This document shows positions 40,472 to 53,026 of a stretch of DNA of 64,000 bases, in pieces (within the stretch, counting starts at the first letter, position 1; every line of letters starts with the position of its first letter). Both the position numbers and the translations under genes were made by a program. The notes under the pieces are model-generated. The model saw only the letters and a list, made by a program, of their open reading frames with translations, had not been told where the DNA came from and ran no database searches. The stretch is from Laetmonice hystrix (lineage: Eukaryota), in assembly GCA_965235115.1 (NCBI GenBank), contig OZ249442.1:33046001-33110000 (forward strand), written 5' to 3'.

Positions 40472-41328
40472 GAGAGCCTGTAGGTTGACCAGATTTCATG
40501 GACGTTGCCATGGGGTATCTATACCCGACAGACCCTCTGCTGAGAGCCTGTAGGTGAACCAGATTTCATGGACGTTGCCATGAGGTATCTATACCCTACA
40601 GACCCTCTGCTGAGAGCCTGTAGGTTAACCAGATTTCATGGACGTTGCCATGGGGTATCTATACCCAACAGACCCTCTGCTGAGAGCCTGTAGGTGAACC
40701 AGATTTCATGGACGTTGCCATGGGGTATCTATACCCTACAGACCCTCTGCTGAGAGCCTGTAGGTTGACCAGATTTTATGGACGTTGCCATGGGGTATCT
40801 ATACCCTACAGACCCTCTGCTGAGAGCCTGTAGGTTAACCAGATTTCATGGACGTTGCCATGGGGTATCTATACCCAACAGACCCTCTGCTGAGAGCCTG
40901 TAGGTGAACCAGATTTCATGGACGTTGCCATGGGGTATCTATACCCTACAGACCCTCTGCTGAGAGCCTGTAGGTTGACCAGATTTCATGGACGTTGCCA
41001 TGGGGTATCTATACCCTACAGACCCTCTGCTGAGAGCCTGTAGGTTGACCAGATTTCATGGACGTTGCCATGGGGTATCTATACCCTACAGACCCTCTGC
41101 TGAGAGCCTGTAGGTGAACCAGATTTCATGGACGTTGCCATGGGGTATCTATACCCAACAGACCCTCTGCTGAGAGCCTGTAGGTGAACCAGATTTCATG
41201 GACGTTGCCATGGGGTATCTATACCCTACAGACGCTCTGCTGAGAGCCTGTAGTTTAACCAGATTTCATGGACGTTGCCATGGGGTATCTATACCCAACA
41301 GACCCTCTGCTGAGAGCCTGTAGTTTAA
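40472..41328 (+). repeat. Minisatellite, 70-bp unit x about 12
   Basis: Unit GAGAGCCTGTAGGTTGACCAGATTTCATGGACGTTGCCATGGGGTATCTATACCCTACAGACCCTCTGCT, period 70 at 40472/40542. Confidence 0.98.
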
Positions 41329-41462
41329 CATCCTACTGAGGCGACTGATCAAAGCCTGGCGGTGACAGTGTGAGGATGAGGACCCGGAACGTACCGGGAC
41401 AATGGCCCAGGATCTACCCGGGCGGGGCGGCGGCTGACAGTGAAGGTATCCTGGAAACAACA

Positions 41463-41880
41463 GGCCTATCTGAGCTCATGAGGACAACTCCCAACAATCG
41501 GCCTATTTGAGCTCATGTGGGCATTTCCCAACAACAAGCCTGTCTGAGCTCATGTGGACAACACCCAACAACCGGCCTGTCTGAGCTCATGTGGACAACT
41601 CCCAACAACTAGCTTGTCTGAGCTCATGAGGACAACTCCCAACAACCGGCCTGTCTGAGCTCATGTGGACAACTCCCAACAACTAGCTTGTCTGAGCTCA
41701 TGAGGACAACACCCAACAACCGGCCTGTCTGAGCTCATGTGGACAACCCCCAACAACCGGCCTGTATGAGCTCATGTGGACAACCCCCAACAACCAGCCT
41801 GTATGAGCTCATGTGAACAACTCCCAACAACCTGCCTTTCTAAGCTCATGTAGACAACCCCCAACACTCAGCTCATGTAT
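41463..41880 (+). repeat. Minisatellite, 37-bp unit x about 11
   Basis: Unit CTGAGCTCATGTGGACAACTCCCAACAACCGGCCTGT, period 37 at 41581/41618. Confidence 0.95.
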
Positions 41881-44178
41881 ACCTACCATACAGTCGGTGA
41901 GTTTGACCGGGTAGTCTCACCCATCAATAAACTCACCGTGTCGATGTGATCCTGTCTACTCCGGAGCGGTACAAAATCCTAATGTAAATTCAACCCCATG
42001 CATCCTTCTTTTAAAATACAGGGACCAAAATACAACTGAGTCTTGGATACACCTGCTAGATTGCATCGTGTCTGTTTTGAGTAGGACCTGCAACAATCAC
42101 TTCGGACTGGACACAACCTGCAGGGAACATTATGACTGTCGCACGAACCTGCAGGGGTCAGGTCAACCTTGGGCCCGACCTGCAGGAATGACGTTAGTCT
42201 GCACCGACCTGCAGGGACAACATCCGGGGGCTCACACTATTGACCTGCCACGTGACGCCCTGCTGACAACACAAAAGTGGACTATAAGCATCTCACTCTG
42301 CTAACCAGGCTCAGACCGAGGTAACCCCCCACCCTACCAACACTCCTGCCCCCCTCCACCACCGCCACCAACCAGCAAGGCGAGCTGTTTTCTTTCCTCA
42401 TTCAAGCCATACTTGGCGGATATCCCCTATAAAGCTTCCGACCGCTGCCGCCAGGCGGTGTTCTGAAGCAAACAACACCAGCGACTTGCTTTTCTTGGCT
42501 TACATATCAATTAGCTGGGACCACCTACTGGGGCGACCCCTACTGGCGGTCCCCTGTCGCACCAACAATGCACTTCTTTCCCATGGTGCCGAGCCTGAGA
42601 ACCATATGACCCAGATAATGTCGGGAATTCTCGGTTATCTGGGAGCTCCAGATTTCTGGGCCCTCCTCTAGCTGTCATTCACAATGAACATTGATTCTGC
42701 CATTGAATGCTGATAACGAAAGGAAAACACTGAATACGTCAAAATCAAACTAAACGTATCACCCACGTATCTCGGGGTCTATTTGTCAAGAATAGAATGG
42801 AATTTCTTACATAAAACAAAAACCAAAAACATTGTCACCCTTTCCATACAGGTAAATTATAGCCCGATCGTGTTGATCAGGGAAATATCCCGTAATAAGA
42901 TGACACATATAACATGACACATCATCTGTGGTAAAATAACTCCGCAGGACAAAGGCATTCCCACTTGGAGTCGGCACAAAGCATCTACTTTCAAGTGATA
43001 CTGGACTTGCTATCGTTCCCCAAAGTGAGGCTCCGAAGGTTATTGTTCCCCAGAGTGAGGCTGTGAAGTCGGCGCCGGCCCGCAGTGCCCCCTGGTGGCA
43101 GACTAACACGGGCGTCCAGTATGGAACTTACCCCCCTCCAGGCGGTCCGAGGGTGGGGGCAGAGAGGCACATGAGGGTGACCACTAAAATGGCCAAACCA
43201 TGTAGCCACTGCCCGTCCCATATTGGAGCTAATCATGACCAATAAGCTGTCTTGACCCGTGGATGAGTTTTGATGGCCATTACGGCCAACTCGGCGCTGC
43301 CCCGCGCGAGCCTTTCATCATGGGCAACTACAAGCCTGGGACTGCCTTTCCTGATCATCACCGGACACAACACAGAAAGCTGCTTGAGGTCAGCGGGGTG
43401 CTCGCCACGGCCGCGTCCTGGTACGGGTGGCAGTACTTGGATTAATCAGGTTCACCTCCCGATACCTGGATCATATCCTGGGACAGTGCAGATGTAGGTA
43501 AAGAAAAAAGCACCGTGTTGGGGGGTGGGGTGGGGTGGGGTGGGGTGGGGTATGGTTATGAAAATGGTCTTGTTAGTCTGCAGCCGGACCGGCAGATAAA
43601 TAATTCATATGGGGCAGGAGACTCCGGACCATGGCCCTGAGGTCCGGGAGGTGGACTCTGGGCTTTCGTCTAACAGGTCTCCTTCACCCCCAACATGGGG
43701 AATGTATCCCTCACCCTAGCCCCAGCCCCATACCCTTCCTCCCTCACTCACAAGGCGTTTCCTCTCACAGAAATCCATGTTCTTTGCTGAGGCGGAGAGG
43801 GGGGGCAACTTGGTCACTCCTTAACACCCCTGGAGATTATCCCGGGATGATCCTCCCACTGACCCCGAGTGAATAATAGATTATCATGTTACGCTAGCAT
43901 TTCGTGCCCTCTCTACCTCCCCGACCCATCTACATGGCGTCCTCCACATACCCACCTGTCAAAATGTCGTTTCTGCTACTTTTCTCTTCTTTTCTTCAAT
44001 TACCTGTTCAGTAGTCTGAGACATGTGGATGGTCTTTGTGCTATCTGAGACCCCTTTAGAAGATGCCTGCATCTTCCAAAAAGAGCGGCAAATACTTCAG
44101 AAAGTTCCTTTTTGTCAACGTTAAAAACGTGAACGTTAGACCCTAACGTTGGACATACAGGTGAATTGTGTTGCTTAC

Positions 44179-44424
44179 CTGGGGTGCATTCAAAGTTGCG
44201 GTGATCCATGAACTGGGTGAGACTATGGAAGATACCGTTACAGATATCACAACGATACTCTTCTCCTTCTAACTCCTCCTCTTCTTCTCCTTCCTCCCCT
44301 TCCTGCTCCTCGGTCAGGCTGACCTCGTTGACCCCGGAGGTGTTGTCCTCGTCTGGTTCCGGTTCCGGGGGTCCCGTTGTGTTGGAGAGTGCCGGCTCGC
44401 TCGTCATTGACAGCTGTTCGTCGC
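44179..44424 (-). CDS. ZNF423/ZNF521: ZNF423/ZNF521-like, coding exon 3 (acidic tract plus first C2HC-type finger)
   Basis: Acceptor ttctaccaccAG at 44425, donor GTAAGC at 44178-44173, 246 nt, phase 1-1. Encodes DEQLSMTSEPALS...EEEEELEGEEYRCDICNGIFHSLTQFMDHRNFECTP, matching the first atypical finger (CxxC-12-H-4-C) of the family. Confidence 0.9.
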
Positions 44425-47400
44425 CTGGTGGTAGAACAATACACAAACTGCGGTCAGGCTTGGCCAATACAGGGCTTGTCAATCTAAACATGGAGGCCAA
44501 ATCTGTGCCATGATACCAGGGGGTACAGAACAGGCGGGGGAGGGTAAGGCGACACGGGTGATCCGTGGCATGGGGTATATGGGTCGGGTGCTCAATTCAT
44601 GGCCTATAGGAGCTGTTTTTGGTGAGCTTCCTTTAGTGGAGAGTGTATCATTGAAAAAGACGTTGGTTGAGGCTCTCGTGAAGCCTGTCTACATATGGGT
44701 CAACCTTCGGTCATCCCCGTTCACTGTCACTAACGTTGGTTTGATTGATTCAAAGTGCCAATTAATAATGATTAGTAGATTATAAACTGACCAAATTTAT
44801 ATTTTAACGCCGGGAGTTCACTTTGCAGCTCGCACTGGCTGGTCATAGTGCTAGGGCTTTCAACCCATGAAAGAGGAGAGGTGTTGGCATAGTAATGGGA
44901 CAGAGCAAAATGTCGGTTATCTTGCAATCCAGTGAATTTGATGTCCCCTGAAACATGCTTGCAGACTTTCAAGGCCACACACTGGTTATAACTGGGAATC
45001 AGAATGCTACCTTTGCCAGTCATTCAATAATCCCTCCTCCATATATTTTATCAACAATACAACTCTGATTTAGTTTCCCATTTGCCTGGTAGGGTGTTGC
45101 AATGTGCCTTCATCCCTGCTCCCTACCTGCCCACCACACTTCCTGTGGACCCCCCACTTGGACCTTATAAAGCCATGCCAAACTGGCGTTAATTGGCCAT
45201 TCTAACGCCGGCTCCCATTGGTCGCGATTGTCTCCAACTTTTTCCATGTTGCCATGTGGTGCTATCCCGTGCCGTGTTGGCAACAGGTAGCGGACGTCAC
45301 ATTGGTGGCAGCATGACGTTTTTATGACACATCATGGAGAAAGGCGGACTTTGATGGGGCCAGAGACAGTCAGCGCCACCTGTGAATTGGTCTGTGAACC
45401 AGCAGGACGTTGGCCGTACCTTTCAATGTCAGCTCCATAAACCACGAGGCGCTGGGTGGGGTGGGGTAGGGTGGGGTGGGGGGAGTGGGGGTCGGGGTAA
45501 AGGAATCACCCGTCACGCCCAGGTGTGACACACCCTGCAGGTACAGCAGTCAGACCCCTAGTGCTAAGCTCTGGGTTAGCAAGGCCGTACCTAGGGGCGG
45601 AGGGTCGAGGGGGGTAGCCACCCCAGTAATTATTCCTCAACAAACCGGTGATAGAAATATGCTCTTAATGAAAAATAGCTATTGGAACCTCCCCTGGCAA
45701 TTTTTAGCTTCGTCCCAACCTGATTACAGACAGATTCTGCCTTACATCGTTTTTAGTTCAGACATGGCACAGGCCAACAAAATACATGATTAAAATAAAC
45801 ATTTAATAGGTCACGTTATCTGACACGCTCATACTCTGGGAGTGTTGTGTTTTACAAAGGCCATTAATTGTTAGTGTCCCGCTAACGTTCACCATGAAGG
45901 GCGCATAGTCTACAGACTGGAAAGATAGTCAGCATCGTTTGTCCAAGTTAGACAAGGAAGGGGTCAAAGGTCAGATGAAATGGGTCGCGTGCTGTCCAAT
46001 CATCAGAGACTGTGGTCCATCAGGAAATTCCTTGTCTTATCAATTATGGGCAGACAGGCGAACTGGCTACTTATTTCAGGGGAATCCAGTTAGATTGAAT
46101 AAAACCTAATAAAATCTAGAACACTAATTATTTACTTGTTTCATGATTAATTTCAAAATCATTTTGTAAACGTACTATTTAAAGCCCAGTTATAGGGCTA
46201 AATTATGTACAATGAACCACGAGAAGTTCCTAGTAAACATAAAACATCATAAAGTGCCTCTTGAACTGTCATAATACGTACATGACAGTACCATAAAATA
46301 TCTGTTAAAAAGCGCTGTAGTGCCCAAAGCGAGGCTTCATAATGACAGGTAGCTCCTGTTGCTCGCTGTGACAGCTGCACGAAGCTTTATCTGGCAGTTT
46401 CCCGGCGGCTCACAGGGGGTGTGACACCGCAGGACAAATGTTCGCCACTGAGCTTTTTACACGCGTTACATTTTTATCACTTAAAGGGGGTTGACACCAT
46501 CCTGTTCAATTTAGAGTTAACATCCGTTCAAAAAGACAGTAGTCACTACTTTTCTTAAGTTTTTTTTAACTGACACCTATACTGTTCCCGACTTTCGGGG
46601 AATGTTTGGAAATGTCTGTATATACATTTTACTTGTTGACTTTGTATGGTAACCAGTTCGTCCTTGTTGGTATTATTTTCACCAAGCTAATGTAAGCTGA
46701 AACTCTCAGCATGTTGATATTTCTTTTGAGGCGTTCTGTTGTGTGAGTGAGGTTTCACATTGGGAGGTGACCGTCATGTCGGTGTCCAACGTTCATCACA
46801 CACATGTGGTGGGACTCTGACCCCCCCCCCCACCCCCACCCCCACCACCAACCTCATCCACGGGCTTTGCGGCGTGCACTCTCTATATCGCGAAACTCTA
46901 TACACCAAACACTGGAAAAATAGTTTGTTCATCAAACTACATACAAAATAATTTGTTCCATATGTTTAAAAAATATATAGTATAGTTGGGGAAACATAGT
47001 TTTATTAATGGTCATACCGAAAAAAGAGATAGTTTTGGCCTGGGGCAAAAAAAAAGTTTACTCATGAAGAAAAACCATAGCCCCCCCCCCCCCCCCCCGG
47101 TATCAAATGGTCCACCTCTTACATGAGACCACCTCCCTCTAAATGACTAGGCCTACTTGTCAAACACCACAGTCCTATTTCAGTTGGGTTACGAATAGAA
47201 CTGTATATAGAAACCTCGGGACGCTCCAAAGTGGAGAACAGGTGCGGGCTGGTAATTTTGGTGGTAACACATGAAAGGCTCCCGCGATCCATATGGCGTT
47301 AATATTTGGGTGGCTGCATTGTTGTGTGCCGTTCACGCCCCCTGGTGGGCACTGTTGTAAATAGAGGTCGTCGCCACGCGCCGCAGGAAGTCCAGCCCCG

Positions 47401-47620
47401 AACCAGCGTGTTGTCCGCTCATATGTTTCTCTGCTGCCGAACAGCTTTATTCCGTTTTATGTAAGATATCACGTACCAGCAGGACGTGAAATATTAAAAT
47501 GAAATACGATCTTGAAGGCTGCGGGTACGGCGGTTAGCGTCGGTGGGTCGTGGCTGCCCGGCCCCGGTCGGGGGTCTGCTCCAGGGGAGCCAGGACGTTG
47601 GCTCACCTGAGCGTAATTAC

Positions 47621-47636
47621 CTGCCCAACGATGCAT
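47621..47636 (-). CDS. Candidate alternative first coding exon (MHRWA+G), phase 1
   Basis: ATG CAT CGT TGG GCA G followed by GTAATT. It lies in a CpG-rich block (about 47300-47960), has an in-frame upstream stop, and its phase fits exon 3. No direct support. Confidence 0.25.
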
Positions 47637-50600
47637 CCCGTTGCTCGCAAATATTCACCGCCATAAACTTTTACTGCGTTTTCCACCAACATGGAGGGCG
47701 AATATCGTAATAATTTCTTGAACGGTGCACTGTGGCATCCCGGTTTATTCCGCCTGTGATTGTCTGACGAGCTGATATGAGCGGCCAGGCTGACATTTTG
47801 ATCACAGACTCCAACCGATCAAGTCAGCGAGGTTTCGACCGGTGCGCCGCCGGCCCCGAGGTCGACGCCCAGCAGGGAGCGCCAGTGTCGGGGCCCCACT
47901 GGGAGTCAAATTAAAGCTCGCAGTCGGAGCCCTCGCCGTGGGACCGGGCCCGCTCCCGGGCACCCCATGGGGGGCTGGGGGCCCCCAGAGGCCCTCTGTG
48001 ACCCCTGCATAGCCCACTGTGTAAGCTAGGCCGTTCTGGCTGGGAACTGGGAACGAAAGCACTGACAGGCAGTGCAGGCCCATACAAGTATGCGAATCAC
48101 AACTGACCTACCACCAGAGACTTATAAAGACCCCCGTCATTATGTATACAGGTGACTCTAAGTAATATTCTCCTATAATTTAAATGGAAGGCACACTGTT
48201 TGAAAGACAGCTCTATCATCACTAAATGTACCTGAAAATGTCCTCGTATATTATATCTGTAAGAAACTCCCGGCTGTTTCCATTTTAAACAGGGATGAGT
48301 GTCCCTTTTATCCGAAAAAGTCACTTAAGAAATTAAAGGCGTTCCACTACTGGACTTTAAATGTTGTAAGACCGTTTCCACTTCTGTGTCAGACTGCTAA
48401 CTTGCTGACGATCACTAGAAAAAGCCGAACTCTATACCGTGTCAGAGTATACCCCACTGGGGATGTCCCCCTTTCAACTTAGAGAGACTCCCAAAAAGTT
48501 TACTTTGAAGGTATCATCGCTTACACACTGACCTAAATGGAAACGGAAAGATCACGTTTCCTCCTTGATATTTACATTAAAAGGCCAGGTAGAATTTATC
48601 ATTACACGACTGGCAAACAGACACCTTCCACAGCAAGCATGAACACGTTTGATTTTTAATTTAAAAACGTGACGTACTGACGTCCTTGACCCCATACGGT
48701 GGCGACCCCATGCGGCCGTCTGGGCACCCTCCTGATTCTGTACCTTCACCCTGGGGTGTCCAGACCGGCCTGCAACGTAACCCCACCCCCAGCCCCAATC
48801 CCACCCCCAAGGGGCCTTCCATCCCACCAGCCCCAGCCTGAGAACCCGGGAGGGAGAGCCCACCGGTTGGACATGCTGTGAGGGAAATTGTCTGGAAACG
48901 ATGGTTTTAGCCCTCAGAGTCTGCCCCTGGTCTGTCCAGGGCCCACCAGTCTCTCCTCTCATCTGAGATGTAAGTTTTATAAGTCAAAGACCCGTTCTTG
49001 ATCATGGGAAATGAAATGCATGGTGTGGGGCTTACGACGAGTGTGTACATCGGGCCTATACATACTATATGTGCCTGTTGTAGGGTGTGCAGCAATTTGA
49101 GGGTGACAGACATGTGGGCACTAATGCAGTGAACCCCCCCCCCCCCCCAATACCTGATTGGTCCACACAAAACACTACCAGCACTCACTAACTCACTCCT
49201 TCACCTTGAACAGAAATCGTCATGAACATGTCTGATTGAAATAAAAAAACGTGACGTCGACACCATGCCCGCTGTCAGTGCTAAACGCGATTAATATGGG
49301 CACATTCTCCGTGCTTCCTGCTGTGTCGATATGGCAAACCGTACGCTTTGCGACAAATGATCACCATCAAAGATGTGAAAGACAATGTTCTTGTCACATG
49401 TGAATGAGGATATCTTTTTCCGTACGTTAGTATGCGAATCATTACAGAGTCAAGGCCGGTCAAACATAAGACTGCATGTCCTTTAAGAAGGTCATTCAAA
49501 TATGTAGCGGTAAACGTGACCTTCAAGAAGGGTAAAACGTGACAGGCACTTTGTAATAAATTTGTAATAACTTTGTAACAAATTGTGGCCGATATTATGA
49601 TGTTAGTGAGATGATGATGATGATTAAAAGTAAGATGATGGGTGCGATGGTGATGAAGATGATGACAAACCTAAGCTGATATGACCATCACCTCCTGGAG
49701 AAGCTCAGCCTGAGCCCCCCGGTAGGAGGTGAATAATACAAACGGTATGTACGAATCCTCCAGGGCGGCAATGTAAGCCCGCCCTAGGAAGACACCCCGT
49801 CCCCCTCTCCTCCACCATACAACCCCTGCCTTGCCCCTACTCTCCCCCAGTCTGGCACCCCAGCCATGGCCAGGGGGCTGGGAACCCCCTGGGGAGCATA
49901 TGCCACCCCCTGCAGGGGTTGAAAACGAACTCTGAACGTCTTCTCTCTCAGGTTCCTCTCCCATGTATAACTCACAATTTGAGGTTACTGGCAATGTCAG
50001 CCAGGTCGTTATTTCGTTTGATATAAACCCAGGTTTTCACAACTCTCATAGCAAAATAATATTTTTACTATACAATTATTGGGACGTCAACGTCATCTCA
50101 CATAAAACAGATGAAGAAATGGGCAAAGGACCCTATAGATAACTTAAGTCTAGTGACGTCATAAACAACAGTGGCTTCACGAAGAATTTACTTGTAGTAC
50201 GATCGACTGCCCACAATACATCAGAAACGTGTTATCTTCCAAGGGAGACAATCAGAGATACACGTCACGATATATGCCAGGTCAACCCCTGAACAAGTGA
50301 CACTGACAGACACGTCTTTCTTTTGGGATCAGAGTTATTTGTAGATATTTTGTAGATGACATTATAACCTCTGAGTTCATATTCTTAGATCAAGTGGGAT
50401 GGAGAGGGGGGGTTGATTGACTACAACATATCCATGTATAGGTTAACCCCCACCCCTACCACCCCCAAGGGATTACCGTAATCCGTGGGCCCTCGTTTAC
50501 AGCCCGGACTGTAGGAGCATGCCACTGGGTCCCAGGGGGTTTGAATCGGTTTAACCCCCAACCAACCCCCTACCCCAACCCCGGTCGCTGTCACTGCTCG

Positions 50601-50700
50601 TATGACTGATAGAGTTCAAATAGCCATCGTTTTTGGACCAGCATGACGTATACGTACAGGCCTATACATATCTGAGATTCATACAGATGTCTCTATTTCC

Positions 50701-50985
50701 ACTCATAGAGCGCAGTTGATAGGAAATCTTTAACTCATAGAGCGCAGGAGATACGAAATTACGAAATCTTTAACTCATAGAGCGCAGGAGATACGAAATT
50801 ACGAAATCTTTAACTCATAGAGCGCAGGAGATACGAAATTACGAAATCTTTAACTCATAGAGCGCAGGAGATACGAAATTACGAAATCTTTAACTCATAG
50901 AGCGCAGGAGATACGAAAAATTTACGAAATCTTTAACTCATAGAGCGGAGGAGATACGAAATTACGAAACCTTTAACCCATATGA
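50701..50985 (+). repeat. Tandem repeat, 40-bp unit x about 6-7
   Basis: Unit ACTCATAGAGCGCAGGAGATACGAAATTACGAAATCTTTA at 50733, 50773, 50813, 50853 and onward. Confidence 0.95.
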
Positions 50986-51136
50986 AAATAACGTACACAT
51001 TTTTGAATTATGAAAGTAAGTCTATAGCTGAAGAGACGTTCTTTTGGATTACACCTCAAGGCTTAAGAAATCTTGAATCATTTAAATTATTACACTTGAT
51101 ATGACTACTATAGATATAGGGTGCAATATATCTTAC

Positions 51137-51244
51137 CTGTTTCAGAGGGCTGGGAGCTGGGGCATGTAGTGTCTCTGTTACTAAGGTCCGTTGCCATGGT
51201 GATGTTGTTGTCAGGGTCGTCACCAGGCTCGTCGTCGGCTTCAC
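51137..51244 (-). CDS. ZNF423/ZNF521: ZNF423/ZNF521-like, probable coding exon 2 (acidic, phase 1-1, 108 nt)
   Basis: Acceptor AACAG and donor GTAAGA flank a stop-free reading (R)EADDEPGDDPDNNITMATDLSNRDTTCPSSQPSET(G). The phases fit both neighbours and the acidic composition matches the next exon. There is no homology support and the polypyrimidine tract is weak. Confidence 0.68.
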
Positions 51245-52237
51245 CTGTTCGCGGACCGAGACAATATGGTTGACATCAATGGATTAAAAAGGTGGCGCAC
51301 AGACAATGGGGCCGTTGCATAAAAAGTGTCAATAAGTATCACCATAACTCTGTCGTACACAATTTTTTGCGAGGACTCTGCGAGGACTCCGTAAGTTACG
51401 ACAGACTTACTGAAGTCCCATTGCATAAAAATTATCGTAGGCGTAGCATAACTTACGAAGACGGTCCCTCAAGATACGAGACAATTATTAAAAAAATTGG
51501 TGCATCTGCGTCTCGAGGTGACCGTTGCAACCGGTAGATTGTGGGAAATGACGAAAAACTTGTTCATGTTGTAAACATGGCGGGAACGGGAGAGGAGACA
51601 CACAAAAGGTTAGTATATCAGTTTGCATTTTTCGGTCGTTTTTAGCTTAATGCGTGGTTGTTGATGCTTCAGAACGAAACCCCTGATACTAGAAAGGATG
51701 GTTCGTTGTGACTTTTATGTGATGACACGTTAGCTGTAGGCCTATAAAGAAAAACACTTGTCAAATTCCGCGGGGAGGTAGGGAATGGAGAGGACGGTTT
51801 GGACATCCCGGGAACCCGGGCGGCAGGACGGGCAGCCTAGATCTATACGGTGACCGAGGGCGAGGCGAGGGGCGGATATGGCAGGGTGAGGGGCGGACAT
51901 GTCGGGCATTCATTTCTCTGAATCTCTGATGCAATAGGGCCCTGCCGTTGTCGCGGTCTGTTTTGGTCTGTTTTCTCCGCGGTCTGAGATCTCTGGGAGG
52001 CAGTTGGCAGTTGCGGCGCCAAGGAGGAGGGAGGGGCTTACCCCCCCCCCCCCAAAAAAAATTCTCTAGCCACCCCTCAGCCCCCACCCACACCCCAACT
52101 ACCTCCCTTTCAAATTCTATAGCCACCCCGTCGCCCCCCCCCCCCTCCCCAATTAAAACGGACTGAAGGAGGAGCCGCCACTGCCGGGAGGTTGGCTGCA
52201 TGTAGAGTCGTGTAGGGCCTATATATTTGTATAGTAT

Positions 52238-52502
52238 GAAGACCATAAGGTGACATACCCGCCACTCGCGCCGCCACTCGCCCCGCTACTCGCCCCGCCA
52301 CTCGCCAATCGCCCCGCTACTCGCCACTTGGCCCGCTACTCGCCCCGCCACTCGCCCCGCCACTCGCCCTGCTAACGCTAACCCTAACCCTAACCTTAAA
52401 TTAAAAGGCTTAATCCTAACCGGCGGGTAGCGGGGCGAGTAGCGTGGCGAGTGGCGGGGCGAGTAGCGGGGCGAGTGGCGGGTGATGTCACCTTATGGTC
52501 TT
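52238..52502. mobile_element. MITE with long TIRs, 12-bp subterminal repeats and a central (CCCTAA)n core, nested in the Harbinger element
   Basis: The ends are perfect 18-bp inverted repeats AAGACCATAAGGTGACAT, continuing as inverted arrays of CCCGC[CT]ACTCGC. The centre has CTAACGCTAACCCTAACCCTAACC (52372-52395). A direct repeat TATAGTAT flanks both sides (52230-52237 and 52503-52510). Confidence 0.82.
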
Positions 52503-52731
52503 TATAGTATAGGCCTAGTCCTCGTTAAACTATAGGCCTATAGGAAATACCAATTGTGGATTGAGTCTCACGCATTTCCCCTCCGTCAGTTTTGTCCTAC
52601 AAGTTGCCTATCCAGGCTCTCTTATATATATTATTGTTTGGATAGGACTTAGGCCTATTAAGGCCCATGATTAAGGCCAAACAAGGCTACTATATCTGTG
52701 CCAAAGTCCTTGAATTATTAGAATTGAGTGT

Positions 52732-53026
52732 CAGTGGCGGATTCAGGGGAGGGGGCAACTGACCTGTGTCTCCCCCTATTTTCCAAACTCTTGCCTATTT
52801 TCTATGTTTTATGTGTAAAAATAATAGAATTTCATTGAAAGATTTAGGAGAAATTTCATGTTCAGAAAACATGTAGGCCTACGTCCTCGACCTTTCTGAA
52901 AACGAAAATTATGGGAAGGGCCCCCATACCCCCCCCCCGCCCCCCCCCCCCCCCCCAAAAAAAGGGCCACTGCTTATTCACCAAAAGGTGGCTCCACCCA
53001 TTCTTGAAATCCTGGATCCATCACTG
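52732..53026. mobile_element. MITE with CAGTGGCGGATTCAGG / CCTGGATCCATCACTG termini (hAT-like ends), nested in the Harbinger element
   Basis: 16-bp imperfect TIR (3 mismatches), about 295 bp long, with internal G/C runs. No TSD was recognised. A related right-end remnant AAATCCTGGATTCGCCCCTG lies at about 53172-53191. Confidence 0.55.

Noticed and set aside
40472-41880. Hammerhead ribozyme / retrozyme array
   Set aside because: The conserved CUGAnGA...GAAA..UH core is not present on either strand of the 70-bp or 37-bp units.
44000-44500. 166-aa ORF as a stand-alone gene
   Set aside because: Only 44179-44424 is exon; the flanks are intronic read-through past clear splice sites. The same applies to ORF 22827-23165.
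52372-52395. Telomere or chromosome-fusion site
   Set aside because: Only about four CCCTAA-like units, enclosed in a MITE.
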